DNA of 61,558 bases, the filler included, from Hausera hauseri (Eukaryota): assembly GCA_046269625.1 (NCBI GenBank). It is 12 parts of 12 records of this genome, joined end to end, with 100 filler letters (N's around TTAATTAATTAA, not from the genome) between each part and the next. Parts side by side here need not be neighbours in the genome. Positions count along the whole stretch, not along the records: positions 9,823 to 15,417 come from JBJURY010224410.1; positions 15,518 to 19,961 come from JBJURY010579004.1; positions 20,062 to 24,584 come from JBJURY010542120.1; 9 more parts are not named here. One strand, given 5' to 3'. The notes under the pieces were generated by a model. That model made no database searches and was not told where the DNA came from. It was given only the letters and a program-made list of their open reading frames with translations. Each line of letters starts with the position of its first letter. Within the stretch, counting starts at the first letter, position 1. Positions 10,315-22,241 of this stretch are shown here, one piece after another. The position numbers and the translations under genes are program-made.

Positions 10315-13300
10315 ACTGACAATTAAATATGATGACATGACATCATAAACTTTAACTTGATTTGATGATATGGCAAATGTTGATCATATTGATAATAGTG
10401 TACAATAAACTATATCACTATCTTTCGTCTTATTCGTCTTATTTCGTGTAAACCCATTGATGGGTACATCTTTTCATCCCTTGTTTTGTATATATGTTGT
10501 TAACCACATTGAATCAGCTTGAATCAGTGACTAAACGAGTGTATTGGCTCACGAGTGCATTGGTTCATTTTATAAATTTAGAACCTTTAATTAAAATTGA
10601 ACCAAGGTTAAAGTATTGCAAAATGTTGAAATTAGAGTTTTAAAGTTCAGTAGATTTAGACTAGCAACCGAATTAGGAAAACGGGATTTGCATTTTCTTT
10701 ATGTAAATTGAAATCGGAAAATGAATTAGAATGGTTGCTGACTCACGCCAAAATTGTCCAGTTATGAAAATTGAACTCGCAAAATAGCTAGCAACACAAG
10801 CTAGCAACACAATTCATTAACTGACAGAATTGAAAAATCGAATTTGCAAAACAGCTAACAACACAATCCATTACTTGACTGAATTGAAAAAATCAAATTT
10901 GTAATTTCTGGTGCATAAACAAATGGATATATAAGCAGATAGGAATGACCTAACAACACAATAAAAAACTGCAAAGAAAATTTTAACTTGAACATATTCA
11001 GTAGAAACTAGATCTAACTAAGGACTTGCCTATCGGTAAGTAGTTAGAGATCATTATTTACTATTTGGTGTCTGAAATATTTAGAAATCATTGGAGAAGC
11101 CATTGTCAGTAATCAGAATCGAATTCAGATAAATCGTTATCTAGTAAATTACGAGGTTTATTAAAGACTTTAGTTGTTACAGAATCAAAGTCACAATATC
11201 TAATTATATCGCCCTCCAAACGAAAGTTGATAAAAGTTTCATTAGATTCATAGAAATGGAAAATAACACCGAGATGAATGTTAATATAGGAACGGAGCAG
11301 GGTAAATATTCATTGTTATTATATGAACTATATTTATGAGTTAGAAGTGGGTCATGTTTAGTCAATGATTTATATTATGAATCTGTAATTAATTTGTTTA
11401 ATAAATGTTTTAAAAGATAATTGGAAATCATATGGTAAGCTTATCACATATTGTTCTACAAAATTTTGATGTGGTTTTTAATGTGTTCACCGATGTGATT
11501 CTGTGAACGGGAAGATAAATTTTTACAAGGAGGATACCTGAAGCATAGATAAACCGAGATGATCCGAAGAATATCTTATGAGCCAAACATCGATGAATTG
11601 AGATGGCCTGATGATGTTTTATAAATCGAGATGGTCAAACGATGACTTAATAATCGAATGCCGGATAATTGAGAAAATCCGATGATGAATAGCGAACCAA
11701 CGATAACTGAAAATACCTTCTCCTCCGCCATGTACTTAAAGGAATTCGTGAAAACAAGAGCCGACCTAGTAACGATAATTAAACTCCAATGATGAACATA
11801 TACTTTGTCTTAAATTATATTTATGTACGGAGTGTACATCAGTATACGAATAGACTTGATATGAATAATTCTTTTGGCCTAATTAATTTGTTGTGGTGAA
11901 TTGAGTATTGCTTTATAATCTCTAAGTGATATTGTTTATAAATCCGAGTTCGGTTTTATACTAATTATATCTTTTACATTGGAATAGGCCATATTACGAC
12001 ATTTATACATGAAAGTAATTTTACATGAATGAAATTTTTGCTACTGTTATCTGAAGAAAAGAAATATCATTGATTAAATGTAAAGGCCATACATAAATCT
12101 CGTTCAAATAGAAGAAGTTAGTATTAAAGTCGTCCGTGAGGAGATGAATACCAGTAGAGTGAATGATTGAAGTATTGCAATTTTCTAGACGTTTTGATTA
12201 TATATCCTGAATAAAGCATTTATATATTTCAATGCTTATTTATGTATGGGTAGATTAGTATACATACATAAATTATTAACGATGAAAATTCAGATAGTTA
12301 GATAAAAATCATATTAACCCACCACGGGAAGGCAAGATTATAGTAAACGCGGATGACGTAATTGTGAGAGTGGAGAAAAATTACTGTAAGAAATTAATGA
12401 TAGAAACTTACGTTCTTACCAAAATATGTGGATAACCCATGAACGATGAAATAATTTATTAAGAGATTTATTAACAGAATGGGCATAGCACGTGTAAAGG
12501 ATACTAATTGTGTATATGCATATATGTATATATGTATGCATATAGATAAATGGATAGATAGATAGATGAGAAGATATTGCTCTTAGTTTCATACGACTCA
12601 AAGTTATCCATTATGTGTTTATTGTCTAAGAGAATAATAGAATATGAATAAATCATGGTTAAAGTTATGAACATTAGTAAGGTCATTGATGAATATGAGT
12701 AAAATAGTGGGGTTGAAAGATGAAAATAAAATAAATAAGGAATAATGAGGATGAAAGAGGGAAGTAAATATAAATACTGATTGTAGGCATATATGTGAAT
12801 ATATAAAATAAAGAAGTTAATGAACGTATTCTTTATTGTTGAAACCATTAATCACCGGGTTATTGATAATGTATGCCATCAATCGATGATAATTTTATAG
12901 TAGATTGGAATATTAGTACATCAAGAAGTTTGACAGAACTGAAAGGATGATTTTTAGTAATTAACAAAATGACGGAGACTTTCACCAGAATGGGTGGTGT
13001 TTTCAAGTTAAAGAAGGAGATAGTATCACTTTATGATATGTTTGCTTGTCATTAGTGTGTTTTGTTTTCTTGTTACTTGGAGTTGGATTGCTCGTTGCTT
13101 TGTCGTATTTATAGCCCCAATATAATCACCATTCAACGTGAATATAATCTTATTTCTTGTACGCTCATGGACTGATGATTTCAGGAAATATGCAAGATAT
13201 TTGATGTATGACTACTTTATTCAACTAGGACTCACGCAGTAGAATTTATATGTTGATACGCCTTAAAGGTCATAATATTTAGGACCCCTGTACCAACATA

Positions 13301-13383
13301 TAAACTGATGCCCCGATTGAGGAGCACTTGCTGAATAAATGTTTTGATATATGCACTCTAATATTGCATTTAGTAAATAATTA

Positions 13384-13695
13384 TTGATCATGTTTTTATT
13401 AGACATTGGAGTTAAAATTACCAGATGCAAAATATGTTACAATGTACTCGGACTACGCTATGCCTTATTCAGGTGTACACATATCATGTGCGCCAAGTGT
13501 GCTGACCAATGGTTATCAAGGAAACAGCACTGTCCCTTTTGCAGGAGAACAACAAGCAGTTACAATTGTTTAGGAGTCACCACAGTAGTAATCCTTGATG
13601 AAAAGGAAGAAGAAGAAGAAACTGTTATGACTAATGATTACCCAGCTGATCTGTACATAGTTTGCCCAAATGGACTCGTATATATGGAAATTTGA
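13384..13695 (+). CDS. Small RING-HC finger protein (putative E3 ligase)
   Basis: CKIC-x12-CTHIMCAKC-x9-CPFCR (C3HC4 pattern). AATAAA shortly after the stop. Confidence 0.7.
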   Translation: MIMFLLDIGVKITRCKICYNVLGLRYALFRCTHIMCAKCADQWLSRKQHCPFCRRTTSSYNCLGVTTVVILDEKEEEEETVMTNDYPADLYIVCPNGLVYMEI

Positions 13696-13910
13696 AATAT
13701 CAATAAATGTTTGTTTTGGATTATTCTGGCAAAGGTATCTGTAGAGTGCGAGGGAATGACTAGTTTATAACTTGATTATTATTAGACATGAATATTTAAC
13801 TAGAAAAGAATAATTCAGTAAATTGAATTGTAATAGTTTTAGGTTGTGCTGTATGCGAAAAACTTACATAACCTGCAACGAGGAGGAAAACCCCTGTCCA
13901 TTGTGTAACC

Positions 13911-14497
13911 TCATTGAAAAATTAAAACAGGAATTTGATATCCCGATATCAATTGATACCTACAAAAGCTCCGTAGCTGAAGCTGCACTTCAGGCAGGTG
14001 CAGACTTGGTGAATGATATCTGGGGATTAAAGTATGATGAACATATGGCATCTCTGATCGTAAAGTATGATGCAGCCTGCTGCCTGATGCATAACCGTAA
14101 TGAGGCGGTTTATCAGAATTTTCTTGCAGATTTCATGGATGATATGCGTGAATGTATCCGCATTGCCACTGAAGCCGGCATCAAAGGCGAGAAGATCATC
14201 CTTGATCCAGGCGTAGGATTCGGCAAGAATTATGAGATGAATCTGGAGATTATCCGTGAAGTCGGCAGGATGCAGGAACTAGGATACCCGATTCTCCTTG
14301 GAACCTCCCGCAAGTCTGTCATTGGTCTGACTCTTGATCTTCCTTCAGACCAGCGTGAAGAAGGGACGCTTGCAACTACAGTCTACGGTATACTGAACGG
14401 ATGCTCCTTTGTCAGAGTTCATGATGTCAAGGCAAACCGTCGGGCTATTGATATGATGGAAGCAATCCTGAGAGAGCATGGAATCAAATCTATATAA
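13911..14497 (+). CDS. folP: Bacterial dihydropteroate synthase, 5' truncated
   Basis: ISIDTYKS, LVNDIWG, LMHN, IILDPGVGFGK, LGTSRKS, VRVHDV. The first ~30 aa of the predicted ORF are not FolP-like. Confidence 0.93.
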
Positions 14498-14533
14498 GAG
14501 CATTCTTATAACTTTATAGTATTTTCAAATACA

Positions 14534-14538
14534 AAGGA
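14534..14538 (+). promoter_or_regulatory. Shine-Dalgarno site for folBK
   Basis: AAGGA 8 nt upstream of ATG 14547. Confidence 0.7.
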
Positions 14539-14546
14539 AAGATATT

Positions 14547-15359
14547 ATGGATAAGATTAAGATACAGAATTTAGAAGTCTTCGCAAATCACGGCGTTTTT
14601 CCTGAAGAGAATGTACTGGGGCAGAAATTCATCGTCTCAGCAGCCCTCTATACCGACACAAGAGCAGCCGGGAAGACGGATAATCTGACCGCATCCATCC
14701 ACTACGGAGAAGTCAGTCAGTTTATTGATCATTTCTTAAAAGAGCATACATACAAACTGCTTGAACGCATCGCAGAAAGTCTGGCAGAAGCATTGCTTTT
14801 GCAGACTTCAGGGCTTGAAAAGATCCAGTTAGAGATTAAAAAGCCATGGGCGCCTGTTGGTCTTCCCTTGGAAACCGTTTCTGTTGAGATCGAACGCGGC
14901 TGGCACACAGCCTATATCGCACTTGGCTCTAACATGGGTGACAAAGAGCAATATCTGAATCAGGCTGTAAAGTCTCTGAATGAGGCTTCCTGCTGTAAAG
15001 TGGCCAAAGTCTCCTCATTCCTTGTGACACCGCCTTATGGCGTCACTGATCAGGATGATTTTCTGAACGCCTGCCTGGAACTTCGCACATTACTGACACC
15101 GCGGGAACTGCTTGACGAACTCCATCGAATCGAAAAAGAAGCCGGAAGGGAACGCATCATCCACTGGGGTCCGAGAACTCTGGATCTGGATATAATCTTC
15201 TATGATGATCTGATTCTACATGAGGAAGACTTCTGTATTCCTCATGTAGAAGTGCAGAAACGTGACTTTGTACTGAAGCCGCTTCATGAGATCGCACCTT
15301 ATAAACACCATCCCTGCAGCCATAAAACGGTTCGTGAGATGCTTGAGGAGCTTGTGTAA
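14547..15359 (+). CDS. folK: Bifunctional dihydroneopterin aldolase / HPPK (FolB-FolK fusion), Clostridia/Lachnospiraceae-like
   Basis: FolB: FANHGVFPEE..GQKF, IHYGEV, LLERIAE, KKPWAP. FolK: AYIALGSNMGD, QDDFLN, RERIIHWGPRTLDLDI, IPH, RDFVLKPL. Confidence 0.95.
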   Translation: MDKIKIQNLEVFANHGVFPEENVLGQKFIVSAALYTDTRAAGKTDNLTASIHYGEVSQFIDHFLKEHTYKLLERIAESLAEALLLQTSGLEKIQLEIKKPWAPVGLPLETVSVEIERGWHTAYIALGSNMGDKEQYLNQAVKSLNEASCCKVAKVSSFLVTPPYGVTDQDDFLNACLELRTLLTPRELLDELHRIEKEAGRERIIHWGPRTLDLDIIFYDDLILHEEDFCIPHVEVQKRDFVLKPLHEIAPYKHHPCSHKTVREMLEELV

Positions 15360-15610
15360 ATACCCCTTCGTCCACGCAGATGAAGTTGTCTTCGTTCTTA
15401 TACCAGATCCTCTTCTTNNNNNNNNNNNNNNNNNNNNNNNNNNNNNNNNNNNNNNNNNNNNTTAATTAATTAANNNNNNNNNNNNNNNNNNNNNNNNNNN
15501 NNNNNNNNNNNNNNNNNATATTTAAATTTTTATTTTTCTTGGAACTATATGACGGCACTACGTCTACAGTTCAATGAATATATTTATGGTTTTCACTGTA
15601 TCAAAAAATC

Positions 15611-15756
15611 GGATATTCATTTGCTTAATTTATCTATCTTGACCTTGTTGCTATGGATCTGAACTACATGGTTTCATTGTATTATTATTTATCAACAATG
15701 TAGTTCAGATCCATGGCAACAAGGTCAAGATATATAATTTAAACAAACGAATATCC
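15611..15756. repeat. ~59-bp-arm inverted repeat (MITE or hairpin-like)
   Basis: Arms 15611-15669 and 15698-15756 are near reverse complements (core TCTTGACCTTGTTGCYATGGATCTGAACTACAT) around a 28-nt loop. Confidence 0.85.
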
Positions 15757-16395
15757 AATTTTCCAGATCACCTTATATATTCTCTTAAAATAATTATATC
15801 CGTATGTATGACATTTTTAAAATATTTCTATTTTCTAAACAGTGGATCAATGGTTCATTGATGATATTTTCGATCACTAGCGTATTGATACTATTTTCAA
15901 CTATGAAATATTAAAACATTGAGCTCTGCAGAATTAAAAACATTTTTAAAATTATGCCCAGTTTGATAATAAATATTTCAACTTCGGTGCTTATATTTTG
16001 GAATTTACTACCAGACGTCATGTGCATCTGCACATTAACATAATTTTGAGTTGTATTTAGGATAAGTTAAATGGAATGTCTTTCAAAAATTTTTATAAAT
16101 AATAACACTAAGGTTTAGTCTTTTTAAATTTAATGTCACTGATGCATATCATTTAATTTTCAAGTTAAACTTTGCTTTATGTACGTTACATTTCGGATAC
16201 CATATAAATCCCGCTATCAATGTATGACATTTTTCCACCGTTGTTTGTTTAAAAGAATTGTTTGAATATTCCTAGTTTGCCGAGGTCTTTTTAAAACGTG
16301 TTATTTTCCATCAACTTTTTTACTAGATTTGCATTAAATTTCGGCTTCTATTATTTTATAATACAATTTCGTTACTTTATAAATTACCTTTTCAA

Positions 16396-16869
16396 ATGTC
16401 TAATTTAAACGAGAAACCATTTGGATTGTTTGATCTGCACGATGTATATTGTTATTTCTGTGGACACAAGACAACGAAATCCGATACCACACAAGAGTTA
16501 TTTTGTCAAATGTGCATAAAAGTAACTCCAAAGGCATGGATAAATGATTTTAATGAAGAATACGAAATTACCGACGGTACAGTTGCATCAGAATTTTGTC
16601 ACAATCATCCGTATTTACATGACGGTTATTACTGCAATTTTGTCAATAATCATCAGACAGATGTTCTCAACTGTCTAACAGATATACATAATATTGAGAA
16701 AAGGAGCAAAATTATTGAACCTGAAGTAGTTAAAAGGAGATGTGCCAATTGCCAATCGAAGAAAATGTTTGTACGGAAAATGCCAGTTGGATATAATACG
16801 GATGTAGAATTAGATTTGTTTACTTGTCGTCGATGTCAATCGTCGGTTGTTGCGGATGTCAATAAATGA
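16396..16869 (+). CDS. Double zinc-ribbon protein, RPA12/RPB9/RPC11-like layout
   Basis: N-terminal CYFC..CQMC and C-terminal VKRRCANC..FTCRRC. ATG start and AATAAA at the stop. Confidence 0.5.
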   Translation: MSNLNEKPFGLFDLHDVYCYFCGHKTTKSDTTQELFCQMCIKVTPKAWINDFNEEYEITDGTVASEFCHNHPYLHDGYYCNFVNNHQTDVLNCLTDIHNIEKRSKIIEPEVVKRRCANCQSKKMFVRKMPVGYNTDVELDLFTCRRCQSSVVADVNK

Positions 16870-19800
16870 TTGATTGGGTTATTTGAGTGAGGTCCATTTG
16901 AGTTCGTTTTATGGATGCGTTTCTTTATAAGAATGCATCCGGATAATCAACAAGTATGTGTTCAATGTAAAAGAAAAAACTAACCAAAAATTAATAGAAA
17001 ATGAAATATAACAATCAAAATAATGAAAGCCCGGATAAAGTTGAGAAAAATTCAGAAGTTAAATTGAAATTCTTTTTTTGGATTATTTTAATTTAATTAT
17101 TTTAGACGGAATTAGTGTTTTCTAACGAAACAATGAAGGTATTTTATTTTAATCTGGGATGGATTTAGTAATATTTAGTTGTACACTCTCATTTTTGCAT
17201 TTCTCGACGAGTTGTCCTTGTTGAATGACGATGATATTCGTTTGGTGTTTTGTTTATTCTGAAATTTAGTTTTAAATTCGAAATTTATTGGAATGTTCAA
17301 AGTGCTCGTAATACACTCAAATATCTACAAATATACGAAGCCTAATAAATTGCATGATTTATTTTCGTCTCATAAATATAAATTAATTATATATACCCAT
17401 GTCATTTTCATTGTACAACAGAAATGTAAAACTATGTTTGTTAAAACTAAAAATCACAAACCATAACTTTAAAAACGTAATTTTGGAGGTAATAATTTTT
17501 AAATATCTCAGTTTCATTGATGTAGTTGTACTTGTTAAATTCTATATACCTATCCATATAAATATGTTATGAATACCATATTATTGGAAATAGTTGCATA
17601 GTTTGTATAAAATCCGTTGATAATTAAAATTTTTTATGTTTCACAAACGTAAATAACTTTTTGAAAATAACTTTTGTTCATGACAGAAAAATCCAATTAG
17701 TTTATAATTGTTGTACGAATATTTTCAGGGAATGTTGCATTAAATTACATTTAAGTTAGACTAAACTTACAAGCAATTAAAATCATATTTGATTTAAATA
17801 ATAAGTTATAATTGATACTGTCACGTAGGTAGAATTATATTACATTTAGAAAGTCGGGGAGGAGATCTATATCCCTAATTCTTCTTTACATACAAAATTA
17901 TTAACTACATGTTTGATGTGTAGTAGTTTAAATCACCGTAATTTTAGGTATATATACAATTCTGCAGTGAACAGATATTATAATAATTTTATATTGAGAA
18001 ATCACTTATGTGGGGAGTATCTATATTAGAACATTTTCATGTTGAGGAGCAATTTATTGACGAAGTACCAATGTGACAAACGTTTCGTATTAGGAAACTA
18101 CATTCCAAAAGTATGAATTATTTTTATTGGAAAATAATTGATGTAATTATTATGCAAATTGCTTTTAGAAAAATCCTGGGCTGGTCATATTAAAGGATGG
18201 TATTGACATATATTACATGAGCTAAGTGAAAAAATATTTTTATCCTCACTTTCACTCCATTCTAAAAAAACGCCCACATTTTCTCTCTTCAAGTTTTGAG
18301 GTGTTGGTAGATATGTGCATTACAATTTACACTGCTTTCCTTAAAGGAGCTTTAGAATGTTTGAATTGTTTAAATATTCTTCATTAAACGGGTCATTTTC
18401 AAAGTGTCAATTTAAAACTTAAAATTTTTTACGGTGCTTTTCATTTTTCTTTAGCTGAATTTAGTTCTTTTAACATATTTTTTTATTGATTTTTTTATAG
18501 AAGAGTAATCAGTAATTCAACTACAATGATGAATTAAAAAGTGGAATAAATGGAAGCTATAACACAGTCTTCCTTAATGGTTATATTTAAACCCAAAGCA
18601 TCTAGCGAGGTTCCCACATACACAGACTTGGTTGGAAGATCTCCAAGCTCAGTATTTAAGCTGCTTTACACTTCAAGATCTCGACCATTTTGACTAACCG
18701 ATTGCAAACTGAATTGCCGTAGGATGGCTAGGTGTAGATTAAGCAGTAATTGTGAGACACGTGGAGGCGACACATGGTGTATTTATCGTACTATTAAAAT
18801 CTACTGAGTTAGGACGAGCTGTACTTACCATGCAGAAGGAACTTGAACTACGATCTTGGATCCTTCGAGAGTAATCTGAGGTGCGTACGCTTCCTTATTC
18901 TCGACCTGTGCGGTGTCCACCACCACCTGTACACACACCAACACACCTACAGTCACACCAACATCAGAGCCGCCCGACTGCCCAGCCGACGGTCGAACAG
19001 TTCATCGCCGTGATTGATGTACTAATATTTTTAGATGATATATTGTTGACACTTATGACTTGGGAAACGTTTGCAAACCGACATTTATGAAAAACTTTCT
19101 GTAGCCCTGCATGAAGAAACAAGAGCTCCGCCACGAAACATTTACCTGCGTGCATTAAAATGAGGCGTTCAGTCACTTTTCAGACTTTGCTCCACACACA
19201 AGTTCCTGCTTAGCCTCCTAATCCAAACAGAGGCAATGCCTTCTGACACCATAATCCACAATAACAAAACATTTCAGAGAAATCTGAAAACGTTAAGAAA
19301 AATTGCAAAGACCGAAGCGTCAGTGCCCATTTTTAACGATTTTACTCCCATTACCTGGAAAGAAAGTGAGTGAATAAAACGACACCTGACTGCAGCACAA
19401 GTCATCTCATCGTCCATCCTAGATGCACCAAACAAACATAAACAATCATAAATAAATAAATTACCCCATTAAAAGACTCAACCACATCAGCAAATCACAA
19501 GACCTCACATCTGAAACAAGAAACCCTGAACGGCAAACAGATGTTTTCAGTCCAGCCAGATGTCTGATCAGGTTGTTTGCACAAACTGCGATCGGAACCA
19601 AACAACCACGTCTGCTGCTGAGTTTCCTTCAGAACGATCAGTAATCCACAAGAAGAGCTTCCAGAGTCGGCATCACAAGTTCAGGCTGCCGTCCAAGTGG
19701 GAGTGCAGAGATGGAAAGCCGTGGAGGGGAAGTGCTTAACAGTGTCCACCAGGGAAGTCCTGAGAAACTGAGAGATGCAGTGAGGATAAACCCTCCTCCT

Positions 19801-20061
19801 CCTCCTCTTCCTCTCTCTCTCTTTGCAGCTTCCTGAATGTATCTGTTGCTGCTTCCAGGTTCAACTTCTCACTCGACTCTTTCAGTCAGCGTCCTGCCTG
19901 TCTGGGAACTTCACCCTGTTTGTCCCGTTGTCTCTCTTTACTCCACGGCTCTTGTCCTTCCNNNNNNNNNNNNNNNNNNNNNNNNNNNNNNNNNNNNNNN
20001 NNNNNTTAATTAATTAANNNNNNNNNNNNNNNNNNNNNNNNNNNNNNNNNNNNNNNNNNNN

Positions 20062-22240
20062 TCATTTCATGAAACGACTTGAAGATATGGCTCATAGGAT
20101 TGGAGATATGCAGCAGCAGCATAAGGATACAATGAGCACGTCGAAGCAGCAAGAACGAGAATGGCAAAGAAAACAGCATGTTAATTGTGGTCCATATCAT
20201 TTACTAAGGATAATTATAAAGTCAGGGATCATTGCCATTTTACAGGCACATATCGAGGTGCGGCATGCAACAACTGCAATCTACGTTGCAAAACATGTAC
20301 ATGTGTGCCTGTAGTGTTCCATAATCTAAATGGTTATAATTCCCATTTCATTGTTTGTCAACGGGGCAGCACTGAAGGAAATATAGAGGTGATCTGTAAT
20401 ACTAAGGAGAAGTACATCATCTTTACTTAGCATGTTGGGAAAATCAGGCTTCGCTTCGTAGACAGTTTCTGCTTCATGTCATCTCCACTTGACAGTTTAG
20501 TGAAGAACATCCCTGCAGAAGAGCTCAAGAAGACCAAGTGGTTCCTTTCCAATACATTTGACCTCGTCAAGAGGAATGATGTTTCCCTATGATTACATAA
20601 CATCATGGGAAACACTGAATGAGACACCACTGCCTACAAGAAGGAATTTTACAATATGTTCTGATTATGATATCAATTATACTGACTACCAGCATGCTCA
20701 AAATGTCTGGGATGCATTTCAATGCCGAACATTAGGGGAATACAGCGACATATACCTTAATACGGACGTGCTGCTGACGTATGTCTTTGAGAGTTTCAGG
20801 AATGTTACAATAAATAGCCATGCATTGGATCCGGCTGATTTCTGTACGGCTCCAGACATGAACTGGGTAGCTATGCTGTGCTCTACCGGTATTAGTCTGC
20901 AGATCATAAAGGATTACGACATGATCCTCATGATCAAGAGAAGCATTAGTTGCGGAATATTCCAGGCTATTCGCCGGTATAGCGAGGCCAGTAATAAGTA
21001 TATGGCGCAGTATAATCCATCCAAGGAATCCTTATGCATGTAATACGTGGATGCCAACAACTTATATGGATGGGCAATGAGTGTCTGATTGCCATATGTT
21101 GATTTCAAGTGGGTCGAAAATAATGAAAATATCGCTATACTGCACATGGATCCTACTGGAAATACGCGATACATACTGGAGGTGGATATTGAATATCCGG
21201 CTTCTATCCACGCAAGGCATTAACAGCTGCCTTTCCTTCCTGAGATCAAGCCTTTGACCCATGAAAAACATAGAAAGCTGCTCTGCCATCTGGATAGTAG
21301 TGGGAGGTATGTAGTCCACTACATAAATCTGCAGCAAGCGGTCAGGAATGGACTCCGCATTACTAAGATCCATTGGACCCTGCAGTTCAGCCAGTCCAAC
21401 TGGCTGCAGCCATAAATAGACCTCAATAAAAAGTTGTGGACAAATACCAAAAACGACTTTGAGAAGAACCAATTTAAGCTTTACAACAACAGGGTTTTTG
21501 GCAAGACCATGGAGAATATCCGCAACAGGATCAACATCGAACTGGTCTCTGAGTAGAAGCGGGTAAAGAAGCTCATTGCTAAGCCCAATTTCCACAGCAG
21601 CACCATATATTCGGAGAACGTGGTCAGCATCCATATGTTGAAAACATCCTTGCAATTCAACAAGCCCATATATGTGGGTATGGTAATATTGGACCTCTCA
21701 AAGACCTTGATGTACAAATTCCACTATGACATCATTGTCCACACATTCAAATATATAAAGCTTATGTATATTGATACTGATAGTTTCATCTATCAGATCT
21801 ATACTGAGGACACTTATGAAGACTTTGCTAAGTTGGCACAGCATATGGATACATCTAACTATCCGAAGGAGCATCCAAACTATTGAATATGCAACAAAAA
21901 GGTGCTTAGGAAATTCAGAGACGAAGTGAATGGGGCAATAATCTCGAGATTTGTAGCTCTTATTTCCAAAATGTATGCCATTGATATATATGGCCAAGTA
22001 AAGAAGCGGGCTAAAGGGGTTCAAAGGGCTACCTTAGCCAAGAAGATCACTTTTGCGAATTATGTGAAAGTTCTGCATGAGCAGACTTACATCATATCAG
22101 ATATGCAAAGGATACAGTCTAGGGATCATAACATTGATACAGTAACACTACAGAAGAAGAGCCTACATCGGATGGACGACAAAAGGCAGTTCTTAGATGA
22201 TGGAATCCATACACTACCTGACGGACATGTGCCATTGTAT
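20062..22240 (+). pseudogene. Decayed Polinton/adintovirus-type protein-primed DNA polymerase B with N-terminal endonuclease VII-like motif
   Basis: [86 protein letters not shown]. Many stops and frameshifts. Confidence 0.9.
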
Positions 22241-22241
22241 A

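Noticed and set aside
10770-10900. Short ~55-bp direct repeats
   Set aside because: Only ~2.5 copies; ordinary local duplication.
13823-14497. Novel Cys-rich/FolP fusion protein
   Set aside because: FolP lacks its N-terminal third and the junction is most likely chimeric.
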